Shown piece by piece: positions 49,861-62,795 of a DNA stretch of 64,000 nucleotides. The notes below the pieces were generated by a model that did no database searches, was not told where the DNA came from, and worked only from the letters and a program-made list of their open reading frames with translations. Position numbers and translations under genes: made by a program. Each line of letters opens with the position of its first letter. The first letter of the stretch is position 1. Source of the stretch: Selaginella moellendorffii (lineage: Eukaryota > Plantae > Lycopodiophyta); NCBI RefSeq assembly GCF_000143415.4, contig NW_003314335.1:210856-274855 (forward strand). The letters run 5' to 3'.

Positions 49861-51571
49861 AATTGATGTGCTACTGCCATACTTGATCATAAAAGAAACA
49901 AAAACGTTTTTAGGTCAATTATGGGGCAACCACAGCTGATTGAAATTTGGCCAAGTGTTGGTGCTGTGGCCACGTGGAAGTAATTTTAGGGCGCACGCTG
50001 GGGGCGGGTGGGAGTGCGGGTGGGAGCCGTGAGGGCGAGTGGGCGGGCGGGAGTGCGCAGCAGCAATGGACGGGAGAGGGAGTGTGCTGGAGATAAAACA
50101 AAAAGAAGGCCTGATGCCATGTCATCACCAGGTAATTTAATGGGAGGCCATGTTCTAGAGGTCCTTTAGCAACCTTAGAATATACCCCTATCTACTGCTC
50201 TTAATAATTAAGGCCTTTAAGGTGGATTTAGGGTAGAGAAGTTAAAGCTATTATTGCTTCCCCCACTTATGGCAACCTACAAAATGAGAGACAATGCTAA
50301 GCCCCAAATAAACTCCTTAATAGGAACTTGTAGATTAACTTTTTTTTAATAGTTCCAATTTATCTAATTATGGGATCTAATTATAGCTTCTTATAGAGCA
50401 TAATTCTCATCTCTATTAGTGCAACATAATCTAAAGATAATCAATTATTATATATCTCTAGTTCCTAAGTTTTGCAAAAGCATCAATTAAAACTAATGCT
50501 AAGCAGTGTGTGACAAGCTTTGCCCACATATAACTACAGAATAGCCAGCAAATGTGTAGGCAAGAAAGGTTCTAGACTTTGTTTTATATGTTTAAATTTG
50601 TTTGGGGCCATTGTTGTGCAATATTTCACTATACTTTCAAATGTGGTGAATGGGAAAAATGTAACCTTCCCTACACACAAGAAATCCCATACTCAAGACA
50701 TAAGGAAACACATTTTTAAACACTAGAAAACTCACAAGGGAGCTTAACCTAACATTATACTTTGGTTTCATAAGCTAAGCTAACCATAAATTCTCTCAAA
50801 CGTTATTTCATATTTCTATTAACTACCTATCCAGTTGATCCTTTTAGAAAAACTAAATTATTTCTTCCACTGATGTCTCTTTGATCATTTAGTGGCATAT
50901 CTAACAACTAAAATTAAAAAATTCAAACTTGCAATTGAGTTGAGTTGAGGAGTTTTAATCTAATTATATCTAAATTTTTTATTTAATATTGTGAGAGCTT
51001 GAAATATAGATATGTGCATATTCATATTAGCTCAAAACTTTAGCTTATATACAAGAGTGAATGATCCAAATTGGATCTCATTTGTCAACTATCAAAATCA
51101 CAAAGCAATTTAAGCAGTTTATTTAACCTTGATTACAAATGAATTAGAAGTTCAAAGTTCTCAAATTAAAATATACTTAAATATTCACCCCATAAACCAA
51201 AAATAAATTATCTTATAGGTTATCTCACAAACCGAAGGTTTTTCATCTAATTACCCTTTTTCGTAGTGACATTATTCATTGGCCATACGTGTCCGCCTTC
51301 TGTCCGTCGGTTTTGTTTATAAGCGGCATCGGGGAATTCTCTTTCTCCTTTGTTTTTTCTTTCTCCCTTTTCATTTTTATGCTTTTAGTCAGCAGCTTAT
51401 TAGGGTTTGGGTGGAATGCGCGGTCGCCCTGGTAATGCTGCGCCATTCTCTTGCCCGATTCCTGCGCCGGCGCCCTAGATTTACGCTTGTTCTTGCTCTC
51501 GGTTCGTCGGCCATAGCTGAAGGATGCGCGATTGATCGGGATTCCTGGATTCTTGCTCCAGCTGAGGTGAC

Positions 51572-53353
51572 ATGATCTCGATCGACGAGGAAAACAACGG
51601 CTTCCAGAGTAAGGCTGCCTCGTTTGAGCTCCTCAAGCTAGCAAATGAGAAGCAGGCCGCGGCGAAGCTGGTGATTCGGCCGGCTGTCCTGGCCAGGGCT
51701 CTTGAGGAAGAGCTTAGGGACGAGCAAGTGCCCAGCAGCTTGGGGCCATCAGATGATTCATTCATTCTTGAGCATCATAGGGCAAAGCGAGAATTTTTCG
51801 CATTGCCGCTTGGCCGGTGAGTGGCTGATTCTTGATCCCTCGCGTCTTCTAGCTTGTGATCATTGTTTCCAGAATCGCTAGAACTATGAAAACTTGGATA
51901 CGAGAAATGGAGGACAAGAGGAGGGCAAAGCTCTTCAATGCTGTCGCTGGAGCTGGCGCAGGTTTTGTTTTTTTTTTCTCTTAACTTCGTGCTCACTTAA
52001 AATTCTTTTTTCTTTGTCAAGGTTCTATATCTGCAACGTTTGTCGCTCCACTCGATGTCGTGAAAACGCGACTTCAAATCCAACGCATTCCAAAGGCTGG
52101 ACAACTTGGTGTAAATGGTAAGCTCGTTTACGTCTTTGTCTTCGTATTGACTTGAGAGTTCTCCAGCTTTTGGAGGTACGAGCTTAGGAAAGACACTTCA
52201 ATCGATAGTGAGGCAGGAGGGAGTCAGGGGACTTTACCAGGGCTTGGCTCCAACGATTTTGGCGTTGCTTCCCAACTGGGCGGTAAGTTACAATTACTCA
52301 GAAAGACCTTTAAGCTCAATCCCCTAACTCGCAGGTTTTCTTTACAACTTACGAGCAAATGAAGAGGTTATTGCAGACGAGAGGTAAAGCGAGCTTGGTA
52401 CTTCTATTTCGAAGATGATAACTATTTCTTTGTACAAAGATTCACAAGCCGGGAAGCAACAGCTGACGATGAGCTCACATTTATTAGCTGCGACGGTGGC
52501 TGGAGCCGCGACTAATCTTATTACCAATCCTCTCTGGGTTGTTAAGACTCGTTTGCAGGTAATTTTCTCTTGACTTTTTGCTGTCTGTTGATGACGGTAA
52601 AATTTCAGACTCAACGGCTGAGACCGGATTTAGTTCCCTACAAGAATACTTTCTCTGCCTTACGTCGCATTGCGGCTGAAGAAGGCCTCAGTGGCTTGTA
52701 TAGGTGTGCTTCCATTTTTTTCACGCTTATATAATCGTGTTTTTTAATCCTTTTCTGTGCTTAAACAGCGGATTGATACCAGCACTTGCAGGAGTAAGTC
52801 ACGTCGCGGTGCAGTTCCCGGTTTATGAGCAGCTGAAGCAGTATTTCGCAAAGCTAGGTGGGACTGACAACTCCAGTTGATTACTTTTTTGCTAACTTCT
52901 TATCTTCTTCCAGATGGAACTACGACAGATAGATTGTCAACAGGTCGCGTGGCAATTGCTTCATCAATATCAAAAGTCCTTGCTTCTACCATGACGTACC
53001 CTCACGAGGTTTGTGATTCTTCTAAACTTATTACGATGGCTTTGATTTCTCTTTTGCAGGTTGTGAGAGCTCGGCTCCAACAACAGGGTCAGGTCGCCGT
53101 CACTCATATGAAATACGCCGGTGTTGTAGATTGCGTGAGGAAGATCTGGGTGGAGGAGGGAATCGCTGGTTTCTACCGAGGCTGCGGGACAAATCTCATG
53201 AGAACAACACCCGCGGCTGTGATCACCTTCACGAGTTTCGAGCTGATAATGCGGTTCCTCCAGAGCTTGGAGCCTCCCAAGGCAGTGGTTTTGAAAAGAG
53301 ACGACGACGACAGCGGCGAGGAGGTCGTCTCGGAAGAAGTTACAAAACATTGA
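51572..53353 (+). CDS. NDT1: Mitochondrial carrier family NAD+ transporter (NDT1/NDT2-like), with an N-terminal extension
   Basis: NAVAGAGAG|[72 protein letters not shown] and [24 protein letters not shown]. Exon 51572-51816 splices in frame to ...IARTMKTW. An alternative start is ATG 51886. Confidence 0.9.
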
Positions 53354-53469
53354 GTTTTGGCACAGTTCGTGAAAGCCAAGCGGGTCTGGGTGACGATTTT
53401 GGGAGCTCAAGCTTTCGTCTCCAGTGAGGTCTCGATTCCTTCCATCTTTTTCTCTTGCTCATATTTTGC

Positions 53470-55014
53470 TTAGCTCTCTGCGATTGCATTTGTTAGCAGC
53501 ACATAGGCCGCTGCGCTTGCCGGCTCCAAATCAAGTACGAATTTTGTTGCCCGACCACTGACTTTGAGATTTTGGTGTGCTTTGGAAGCTCCCAGCAAAC
53601 AGGTCCAGTCCCAAGAATCTGGGAGAAATGGCATGCTTTCGGTGAGAGCTTGGGACTCGTCGATATGGCCGCCACGACGAAGAACATCAACCATGAGGCT
53701 ATAGTGTTGCTTCTTTAGCTCCACGCCAAAGTCACGCGTCATTGAGGTGGCGTAGTGCCAGCCTGGACAAACATTTCCCACGTTGCCGCACGCTAGGAGG
53801 ACGCAGGCAAACGTGACGTCATCCGGGAGCTCGGTCGTGGCCATGACGTGGAAGAGCTCAAGCGCCAGCGTGGAATGCCCGGTCTGGGCATATGCTGCTA
53901 GCATGGCGTTCCACGTCACGGTGCTCCTCTCCTCGATTCGATCAAAGAGCTGCTTGGTCTCGTCCAGCTGACCGACACGTGTAAATGCCGATAATAGAGC
54001 GTTCCATGAGCCTGTGGTCTTACGTGGCATTGCGTGGAAGGTGTTCTTGGCCTCGTCAAGATGCCCTTGTGAGGCATATGCCGCCAGCATTGTGTTTTGG
54101 GCGATGGCGTCTCGCTCCGGCATAAGATCAAAGTAATATCTAGCGTCGTCGATCCATCCTGCCTGGGAGGAGGAAGAAATCATCAAAGTCCAGGAGATCA
54201 AGCTTCTCTCTGGCATTTGCTCGAAGAATTCCTTTGCTCGGTCGCTCTGGGTGTAGGCGGACAGCCTCGCATTCCACGAGGCGAAGTTCTTGAGTTTCAT
54301 CGATCGAAATGTTGCCTCGGCGAGCTCGATCTCGCCTCGCTTCGCGTAGAGGGAGATCATGGAAGAGGAGGAGATGAGATCGTGGTCCTCCATTCGATCA
54401 AACATTGCCCTGGCGGTGTTGAGATCCCCAATTCTTGCATACAGCGATAGCATCGCGCTCCATGAGACCTGGTTCCACTCCGGCATGATGCTGTGGAAGA
54501 TCTTCTCGGCCTGAGAGAGATTCCCATTCTTGCAGTGCGCGGTGAGAATCGCGGTCCAGGATATGAGATCCCTCTCCTCCATCGCCCACAGCAGATTCTC
54601 GGCCATGACGAGATGCCCGACGCTCGCAAGCGCCGAGAGAATCGCGTTCCATGACACGAGATCCCACTCCGGCATTGCATCGAAAAGATTCTTTGCCCTG
54701 TCGATCGCGCCGGAGGCCGAATGGATCGCGATCATCTTCGTCCAGATTACCAGATCCATCGCTGGGATGGAATCGAAGAGCAGCGCTGCGCTGCTATAAT
54801 CCCCGCCCTGGGCGTATGCCGCGATCATCAAACCCCAAGTGTAGATATTCTTTCGCTGCGTCGTGTCAAAGATCTGGCGCGCCGTGTGAAGGCCGCCGCT
54901 CTTCCCATGGATCTGGATCAAGAGATTTCGCTCATAGGTCTCGCTTGGGGCGAGGATTTGATCCAAGCAAGGAATCTTTCTTCCCGCCCATGGCGACGAA
55001 TATACCTTTACCAT
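53470..55014 (-). CDS. PLS-class (SS-rich) PPR protein with E-type C-terminus, no DYW; intronless
   Basis: Tandem 31-aa motifs, then VLLACGNVG, HYSLMVDVLRRGG, MPFLPD..DWTCLLGA and AAAYVLLTN. Confidence 0.9.
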   Translation of the reverse strand: MVKVYSSPWAGRKIPCLDQILAPSETYERNLLIQIHGKSGGLHTARQIFDTTQRKNIYTWGLMIAAYAQGGDYSSAALLFDSIPAMDLVIWTKMIAIHSASGAIDRAKNLFDAMPEWDLVSWNAILSALASVGHLVMAENLLWAMEERDLISWTAILTAHCKNGNLSQAEKIFHSIMPEWNQVSWSAMLSLYARIGDLNTARAMFDRMEDHDLISSSSMISLYAKRGEIELAEATFRSMKLKNFASWNARLSAYTQSDRAKEFFEQMPERSLISWTLMISSSSQAGWIDDARYYFDLMPERDAIAQNTMLAAYASQGHLDEAKNTFHAMPRKTTGSWNALLSAFTRVGQLDETKQLFDRIEERSTVTWNAMLAAYAQTGHSTLALELFHVMATTELPDDVTFACVLLACGNVGNVCPGWHYATSMTRDFGVELKKQHYSLMVDVLRRGGHIDESQALTESMPFLPDSWDWTCLLGASKAHQNLKVSGRATKFVLDLEPASAAAYVLLTNAIAES

Positions 55015-55466
55015 GCAGTTTACCGCGCGGTAATTCGTGTTCTAGGGCTTGGCGAACGGCTTTTCCCATTGAGCTCTCTGTCGCTTGGTCGTGAAGAGAA
55101 GTGAGTACCAGGGGTTTTGCGCGATCGCGATCAAAGCTGCGATATTTCGAAGGCGCCGCATTGCCGGATTTGCTGATCCATCAGCGGCCTCGAGGAATCG
55201 AGGTATCGTATGTGACAGATCCAGGCGGGGGCCGGAAGCTCAAGCTGCGCGTCGATGGATCTCCTCTAGAAGCTACATTCTTGCCAGATCCATGATTTCC
55301 GAGGAGTGATTCTTTATTGGTAAAGAGTGTGGGAGAAGCTCCAGATTTGGTGAACGATCCGGCAGACCCAGGCGTATACTCCACTCTTGTTAGCTGGGAA
55401 TCGATGATTGCGGTCTACGGGCTAGAAATTTCGGGCGTGGAAAGGCTCGAGGCTGGAATTTGATCC

Positions 55467-58400
55467 ATGAGAGGCCGGACGCCGCCAATGCCGTCGCAAG
55501 GCGAGTTTAATGGCTCGGTGTTCGTGTTCCCGGACGACTACGCTCACGCCAGTCGCAGTGACGCTACCGGAGCTGCAAAGCAGGAGTCGAGCGTGGTGTC
55601 TAGAAAAGCGGAAGAATCGGGTAAGTCTTTTGTCAATGAATTTCTACTTGGGATCGTAAACTGATGATCACTTTGCGAGGAACAGCGAATAGAAGATACT
55701 TGGCGGCTTTGTGGATGGAGGAAGTTGTTGGTCCTCTACATCTTTCGGTGGAGCCTTCCGAGGAGGAGTTTGGTCGCTGCTTGCGCAATGGAATTTCTCT
55801 GTGCAAACTAGTGAACAGTGTGCAGCCTGGATCCGTCTCACGGGTAATTTTTTCTTTTATCTTGTCATTGTTTTAGTTCTTGTTTTTTGATGCCGAATCA
55901 GTGCGCAGGTTGTCGAGAGCTGTTCTTCCAGTCCGGCGGATGGAGCCCTTTCTGCTTATCAGTATTTTGAGAATGTCCGGAATTTTCTTGTCGCAGTGGA
56001 GGACCTCAGTATACCGACGTTTGATGCCTCCGACTTAGAGGAGGTAATAAGAACATAAGTTCGTTTGTTTCATGCTGTGTGGTGGTATCCGCAGGCTAGT
56101 TTTGGAGGAGGCTCCGTTGCTAGAGTTGTTGACTGCATCTTGGGTTTAAAATTGTATCACGAGTGGAAGGGAAGAGGAGGCCAGGGTCAGTGGAAGCACA
56201 GTTCGAAACAGAAGAGCCTGCTCACATTATCGTTGGAGGAAGGGGAGAAATGCTCCTCGCTCACAAAGTCGAGGTCTTTTAGTGGGAAGAGTGGTCGTAA
56301 ACGCTGCGTACTTCCAGAACTTGACTTTCTTGGCGAAACGCAGCTACTCTTTCCTGATGAGCCTCCCGAATTTCAAGCATCGCGTCAAAATTACGGAGGA
56401 CAACCAGCTTACGCAAAAAATCTAAATGCGCCATCAGGTGCTTGTTTTTCTTTTAGCCTGTCAGTTTTCTAACTTGTGTACTGCAGATATTTCAAGGCAG
56501 ACGGCCTCCGGATTGGAAAACCGAGATTGGCAATCAAGTATTTTTGAGTCGTTTGATGGTATCGAGGTATTAAGAGAGTTTTAGTGGCTTCTGTTTTATC
56601 GTACAGTAAAGTATATGAAGCCTCTGTGACAGAATCAATCACCAGCACTGTTGTCCAACACGATCAGATCTCTTTTGAGTCAGAAACAACCGGATGAGAT
56701 TCCTATGGTAAGTCTTATGATCGTTACTCTTGATTAATCGGTGAATTTTACAGGTTGTAGAGTTCATGCTGCAGAAGATAATGGAGGACTATAGACGTCG
56801 TTTTTATGCTCAAAATCTCCAATTGAAGAAGGTTCTTTCTGATTCATCAATTATGTTTTTTTGAAAACACCACTCTGCCAGTTGAAAAATGCGCTGAAAG
56901 AAGCTTCAGGTCGAGGAAGTATGGACATAGAGGAAGGGCCTCAAAATGATGGCAAGGTGATGAACAGGTTCAATTAAGGTTATGTTTTTTTAATTTATCT
57001 GACTCTGTACAATAGATCATGTATGACCAGTTTAAGCTCATCAAGGTACCTTCTTTGTTACCAATTCACGACTTTTTGTAAAGCTTCATAACAGGATTTG
57101 AAAAATGCATGGCACAAAACGAAGCAAGACGTTTTGGCAATGCGGAGAGATTGGAATCTGGAAGTAGCACACCTGGGTAGCTGAACTCCAATATAGAGCT
57201 CGCTTGTTAACGCTCGTTTTGTGCAGAATCACACATCAAGGGACTAGCTGCTGCAGCATCAGGATACCAAAAAGTGCTTCTAGAGAACCGCAAACTTTAT
57301 AATGAAGTGCAAGATCTTAAAGGTAAGTCGCAAGTGGTTCTTACTTTTGCTGATGTATTGATTTGTCAGGAAGCATACGAGTTTACTGTCGTGTGAGACC
57401 CTTACTAAGCGGTGATCTATCACGAAGAACTACAGTGGAGTTCATAGGTGAAAACGGCGATGTAATGATATCAAATCCAAAAAGGCAGGGCAAGGATGCT
57501 TGTCGGACTTTCAAGTTTAACAAGGTTTTCAGTACTTCTGCTTCTCAAGGTAGTAAAGCTTCCGTTAAAGTCTTGATGTAGAAACTTGCTATGTTTGCAG
57601 AACAAGTATTCCTGGATACTCAGCCATTGATACGGTCAGTTCTTGATGGTTACAACGTGTGTATTTTTGCGTATGGTCAAACAGGCTCGGGAAAAACGTA
57701 CACCATGGTATTTATGACATATTATACAACAACATTATTTGCAACTATTTGCTGTACAGAGTGGTCCTTCAAACGCAACAGAAGATCTCTGGGGCGTCAA
57801 CTATCGAGCTTTAAACGATCTCTTCTATATATCTCAGAGCAGAAGAAATGTATGTAAATATGATATCGGCGTACAGATGGTTGAAATCTACAACGAACAA
57901 ATCCGGGACCTCCTTGCTTCAGACGGGCCTACGAAAAAATATCCTTTTTTTTAATGTTCCTGTTTGCTCTGGTTCTCTCCTTTACTACCACACGTTAGAG
58001 ATTCGAAACAGTTGTCACCAAAATGGTCTCAACGTGCCCAATGCGATTATGCTGGCTGTAACTTCTACTGTCGACGTTTTGGAACTTATGAAATCTGGGG
58101 AGAAAAATCGTGCTATTGGTGCTACAGCTCTAAATGAACGTAGTAGTCGTTCCCACAGGTAAGTTCAAAAAGAGTTGTTCCACACAGTATTGACATGTTT
58201 TGTGGTTTTAGTGTTTTGACTATCCATGTTCAGGGTAAAGATCTAGTGACTGGCACTATACTCCGTGGATGTCTGCACCTAATTGATCTTGCGGGAAGCG
58301 AGCGGGTTAACAAGTCCGAAGCAACTGGGGACAGATTAAAAGAAGCGCAGCACATCAACAAATCCCTGTCAGCTCTTGGAGATGTCATCTCGGCGTTGAG

Positions 58401-60136
58401 CCAGAAAAACGGTCATGTTCCTTATCGAAACAGCAAATTGACTCAGTTGTTGCAAGACTCTTTAGGTGAGGTGCTACGAATACAACTGGATGTGCTTCTT
58501 ACGTATTGCACGTTGCTGCAGGCGGCCAAGCCAAAACGCTTATGTTTGTGCATATAAACCCAGACGCGGACTCCTTTGGAGAGACAATGAGCACCTTAAA
58601 GTTTGCAGAAAGAGTGGCGTCGATCGAACTTGGAGCTGCTCGCTCTAACAAAGAGACCGGTGAATTACAAGATCTAAAAGAGCAAGTCAGTTCAAAAAAG
58701 AGAAACTTCTCTGCTCTAACGACTGTGCTGGTTTGCAGATCATGATTTTGAAGGACTCCTTGTCCAAGAAAGATGCTGACCTTGACAAACTGCTTCTTTT
58801 GCGCAATGTAAAGGAATCAACGTTGGCTCTGGAAAAGCAGAGGCACGAGCCTAAGATTAGGAAGCAATTTACGGATACGTTCAAAGCTAGAGAGGTATAC
58901 CTCTAGCTTTATTGCAATGATTTTTCATTTACGTTACTTTTATACAGAACTCTCCAGTTCGCGATCGTGCGAGACGCTTATCACCGCCTGGGAACACCTT
59001 TGGTTTTGAACTCGACAGAGTATCGTCTCCTTCTAAAGGTGACATGGCCACTGAACAGCAGAAACGAAAGGGTATAAAAGCGAAACTGCTGACGTCTCCA
59101 AAGCCTCCTTACGAGGATTTTGCGCCGAAGTCACCATACCGAGAAAGACATCACAGGTCCAAGAATTCTCAAAGTAAAACGAGGGGCTCCAGTGTGTTCC
59201 TGGTCGAATCACCTCCGTGTTTGGAGGAGAGACGAAAGTCTCCAGATGTGGATGGATTCATAAATACGGAGGCAGAGCTCTCACGGGACTCCCCGGTTCT
59301 GCGCTCTCCAGCGTTCGACCCGGCTGTGGAAGAGCCGAGCATATCTTACAGCACCGCAAACAATGAGCAGTATTCGTGTAACGATCCGAGCTTACCAGCC
59401 GTTACTGTTGTTGATCATCAGTCGGCAACGAGTAGTTCAGACTTGAAGGACACATGCTCAGACGTGGTTGTGACGGACATGCCACCCAGTGATTGTGAGG
59501 CTGACAAGATCCAAAGAAGCGAGACAGTAGAAGAAAGAGTGGAGACCATATCTGAGACGGTATATGAGACTCAAACACCACAGTTGCAGAGAGTTGACGA
59601 GCAGCCGAGAGAAGAAAAACGGTCACAGAATCGGTAAGTAGCTATTTTTTTTCAATGCACAATGCAGTATTTAATCTAAGCTCTCCAGGTCTCGGACTGG
59701 TTCTACAAGGAGTCGAAAAGGTCAGTCAGTCTCTTGCGTGCGACGTCGATCCACCATAGTTACCTCGAGGACAGAGCCCCCAATCATCCGGAGGAGCTCA
59801 AGCTCAATTCCATGTAAGTTTTCCTTTTACGACCGTCTATTGTTTACGTATTAGCGTAGGCTCAAGCTGATTGTTGTTCCAGTGTCAGCAAGGCATACAA
59901 CACTTGAATGTCATGGCCATGGAAAGCAAGCATTTTCCCGGCAGCTGCTTTCTATTGAAACTGGAATTTCTCCCAAAGCTTCCAAAAGGTGCACGTTCGT
60001 TTTGATTGATTCCGTCCATGCATCAGAAGCTTATAAGCAGTGTACTTTTTTGAACCATCGGTCCTAATCGCTTACGTATCAATGCAGATACCCTTGGATG
60101 GTGAAGCAAATCAAGCTTAGTGCGATGATTGCGTGA
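55467..60136 (+). CDS. Kinesin-14 with calponin-homology domain (KCH type), about 20 exons
   Basis: CH domain [31 protein letters not shown] and FDASDLE. Neck [13 protein letters not shown]|[12 protein letters not shown]-loop [31 protein letters not shown] and [18 protein letters not shown]. Terminal exons (stop 60136) are less certain. Confidence 0.93.
57939..57993 (+). other. U12-type AT-AC intron in the kinesin motor domain
   Basis: 5' ATATCCTT, branch-like TCCTTTAC, 3' CAC. Removal joins ...GPTK-K-LEIRNS in frame. Confidence 0.9.
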
Positions 60137-60679
60137 TCGAAGAGAAAGAGCGGGGCCTCTTGAGCAGCGTGATGGTTCTCACTTTTTAAGGTGTCATTTA
60201 AGTTCTTTTGCCATTCGTTTTAGTATATGACAGTTTTGCACGGCGTCTGCAGGCGGAGGCCATTTTTCCAGGCAGCTAGGAAGGCATTATTTTTCAGGAC
60301 AAATGTAACATATCTGTACACTGAAACTTCGGAGATGTTAAATGTGAATCTTCACGATTTTGAGTCGGTATGTGGTATGTATGATACGTAAGTTTGCTTG
60401 GTTGTGTGAGGCTTTGGTAATAACAGCAGAGCCCAAGTCCACTGGCTACTCACTGGAAGCATGGGAAGCTGAGAAGTGCACTGGTTTACAAATAAGTGTG
60501 GGCAATCAGATGACTAACTAATTTCAAAAGGTTTTCAATGAGTTAAAGCAAATTAAAATTCATACATAATGAAGTTTGTCAAATTTTAATTAAAGAGATA
60601 ATAAATTATAAAAGAAACTTCATATTAAACTGTAATTCAGATATATATTTCGTTTTGTGAGGTCCCAAGTGTACCACTA

Positions 60680-61560
60680 CAATGTCGTATATTAATATTA
60701 GCGTAATGGGATTTTAAGAGCCATCGAATTGGTTTTAATTTGGACCATTCGCTCTTGTATATAAGCTAGGGTTTTTGGGTTAATTGATATGTACGAAATA
60801 ATCGAAATATGTGAACTTTTAGCATTCAGATTGGGATGGTTATTTACCGTCTCTTCGGTATGCACATGTTACAGGGGTGTAAAGTCTTGTTGGTGTTTCA
60901 CCATATAAATTCCTATATAATCATGATTTAATATTACCAATGAAGTTGGGTTTACCTTCACAATTGCCACGAGCTGCTGATGCTAAATTAAGGGATTAAT
61001 ATTTGACAAACATTCTTCCACTTGTTTGAGCGGAGCCTGCCAAACACTTAGGCCACATACAAGTGGGACAATAACGATGCTATAGCTCCCATCATCGTCC
61101 ATTTACAAAGTACAAGGTGAATGATTTAGTGTTAATTTGTTTTCCTTATCTTACGGTATGTAGTTTATCTAAGGGGCTCCTTGCTCAATAGAAAGGATTG
61201 TATCAAGTGTTGCAACAAATTGGACCACAAGTTTATAGGGTTCGGCATGACATTCAGCAATTCGATCCTCCAAAAATTATACATATACAACAGTTGAAAC
61301 ACTTCGTACAAAAGGATCAAGAATAGTTAATACCACATACAAATCCATTGATGCCTCCTCCTAATGTTCTTTTAAATCCCGGCCCATTTACAAAAGAATT
61401 TTGATAGTCTTCCATTATTTTGAGAAGAGGGGATGATGTGAGGTCTAAGTGTATGGTTATGATGCCGTATATTAATATTAGCGTAGTGGGATTTTGGTAG
61501 TTATTGGATTAATTTCAATCCAGACTATATAAGCTAGGGTTTTTGGGCTAATTAATATGT
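60680..61560. repeat. Two copies (~60680-60795 and ~61460-61560) of a dispersed ~100-bp repeat also present inverted at ~22330-22400 and ~51025-51085
   Basis: Shared GTATATTAATATTAGCGTARTGGGATTTT...TATATAAGCTAGGGTTTTTGGG; reverse complement CCCAAAAACCTAAGCTTATATACAAGAG at 22341. Confidence 0.75.
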
Positions 61561-62695
61561 TTCCATATTCCATGCACTCACAGTTTTAGTGAGTTTTAAA
61601 ATAGATTAGTTTTTCTTACATTCTTCTTAATGTGATCTAAAAAATTAATTACAATTTTTAAATATAGTTTTCAAAATATTACATCTATTTTGAAATATTT
61701 ATGAGACCACTTCTAAATTTTATTGACTTGGTTTTGAATGTGCTCAATTTTTTAAAGGAGTTAATTAATACTACTTAACTTTTCAAAAATATTACTTTAA
61801 GATAAGTTTTATTTCAAAATTAAATTAGCCATAAAATCCACTTTTATGAATAAATGATCACATCAGCTTTTAGTAGTACATATAAAATATACAGAACTAT
61901 TACCAGTTATTAAATATATATATTGGTATATAAATTGATTATTAAAAATCATTGAGCTGATGAATATCACTTTATTTTGGTTGATGTAATATATCCCAAT
62001 GTGATCAATTTCAACATATATAGTTATTCTAATCTGGTTAAAGCAATATTAGTTATTGAATAGAATACTCCTATATAATAGAATCTCCTACAATAGAAGC
62101 TTCACATATAAACTTTTGTATCCTTTAGTTTAGCATGCTAATAATTTTATAAAAATGTGTAAAAAAATTTATCTTGACATCTTCATATTATTTAATAAAT
62201 TATTTAAATATCAACTAAGTTTAGAAGCATCAAAGAAAAAAATCTTGAAATAATAAGTTGAATTACCATGATAAATTAGTTAGGTCCTTGTAAGAACTTT
62301 ATATTATTTTCTCTTTAATTCTCCCATCTTTATCTATTCAGTAATATCAAGGTATCATAACAACATTATTAGCACCAATATCAAAACTATTCACTTCTAA
62401 AAAATCAATTTCTTCCATAAATTTATTTTTTTGTTTTGGAAGAAATTTCTTATATACAATTTAAATTTTCTTTTTGAATGTTTTTTTTTTTTTTTTGCCA
62501 ATGTAACCTTCTAAGCTCTTGGATTCATCAAGTCATGGCCAATCCCTATTGCTGTATCCATAGAGATCACAATTACTCCTTTGAATTTAATTTTTCATGA
62601 CCAAAGAAATAAATAAAGTATGTTAAACAAACAATTTCACTGATCACTTAATGCATTCACTAAAACATGCAATTATATACTTCTTCACCGTTATA

Positions 62696-62795
62696 NNNNN
62701 NNNNNNNNNNNNNNNNNNNNNNNNNNNNNNNNNNNNNNNNNNNNNNNNNNNNNNNNNNNNNNNNNNNNNNNNNNNNNNNNNNNNNNNNNNNNNNN
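62696..62795. other. Assembly gap (100 N)
   Basis: Run of N. Confidence 1.

Larger units (their letters stand above)
39154..50148 (-). mobile_element. Mutator-like element (MULE) with ~200-bp GC-rich TIRs, 9-10 bp TSD and SWIM transposase, carrying a nested LTR retroelement
   Basis: 39197-39380 is the reverse complement of 49935-50135. Termini GCCTCCTGTTAAA and TTTAATGGGAGGC. Direct repeat CATGTTCTAG flanks both ends (39144-39153 and 50149-50158). Confidence 0.88.

Noticed and set aside
50721-51268. Possible CACTA termini (CACTAGAAAA at 50721; TTTTTCGTAGTG ending at 51268)
   Set aside because: The TIRs match poorly and the 3-bp flanks differ (AAA vs ACA). The right end may still be real, but no matching left end was found.
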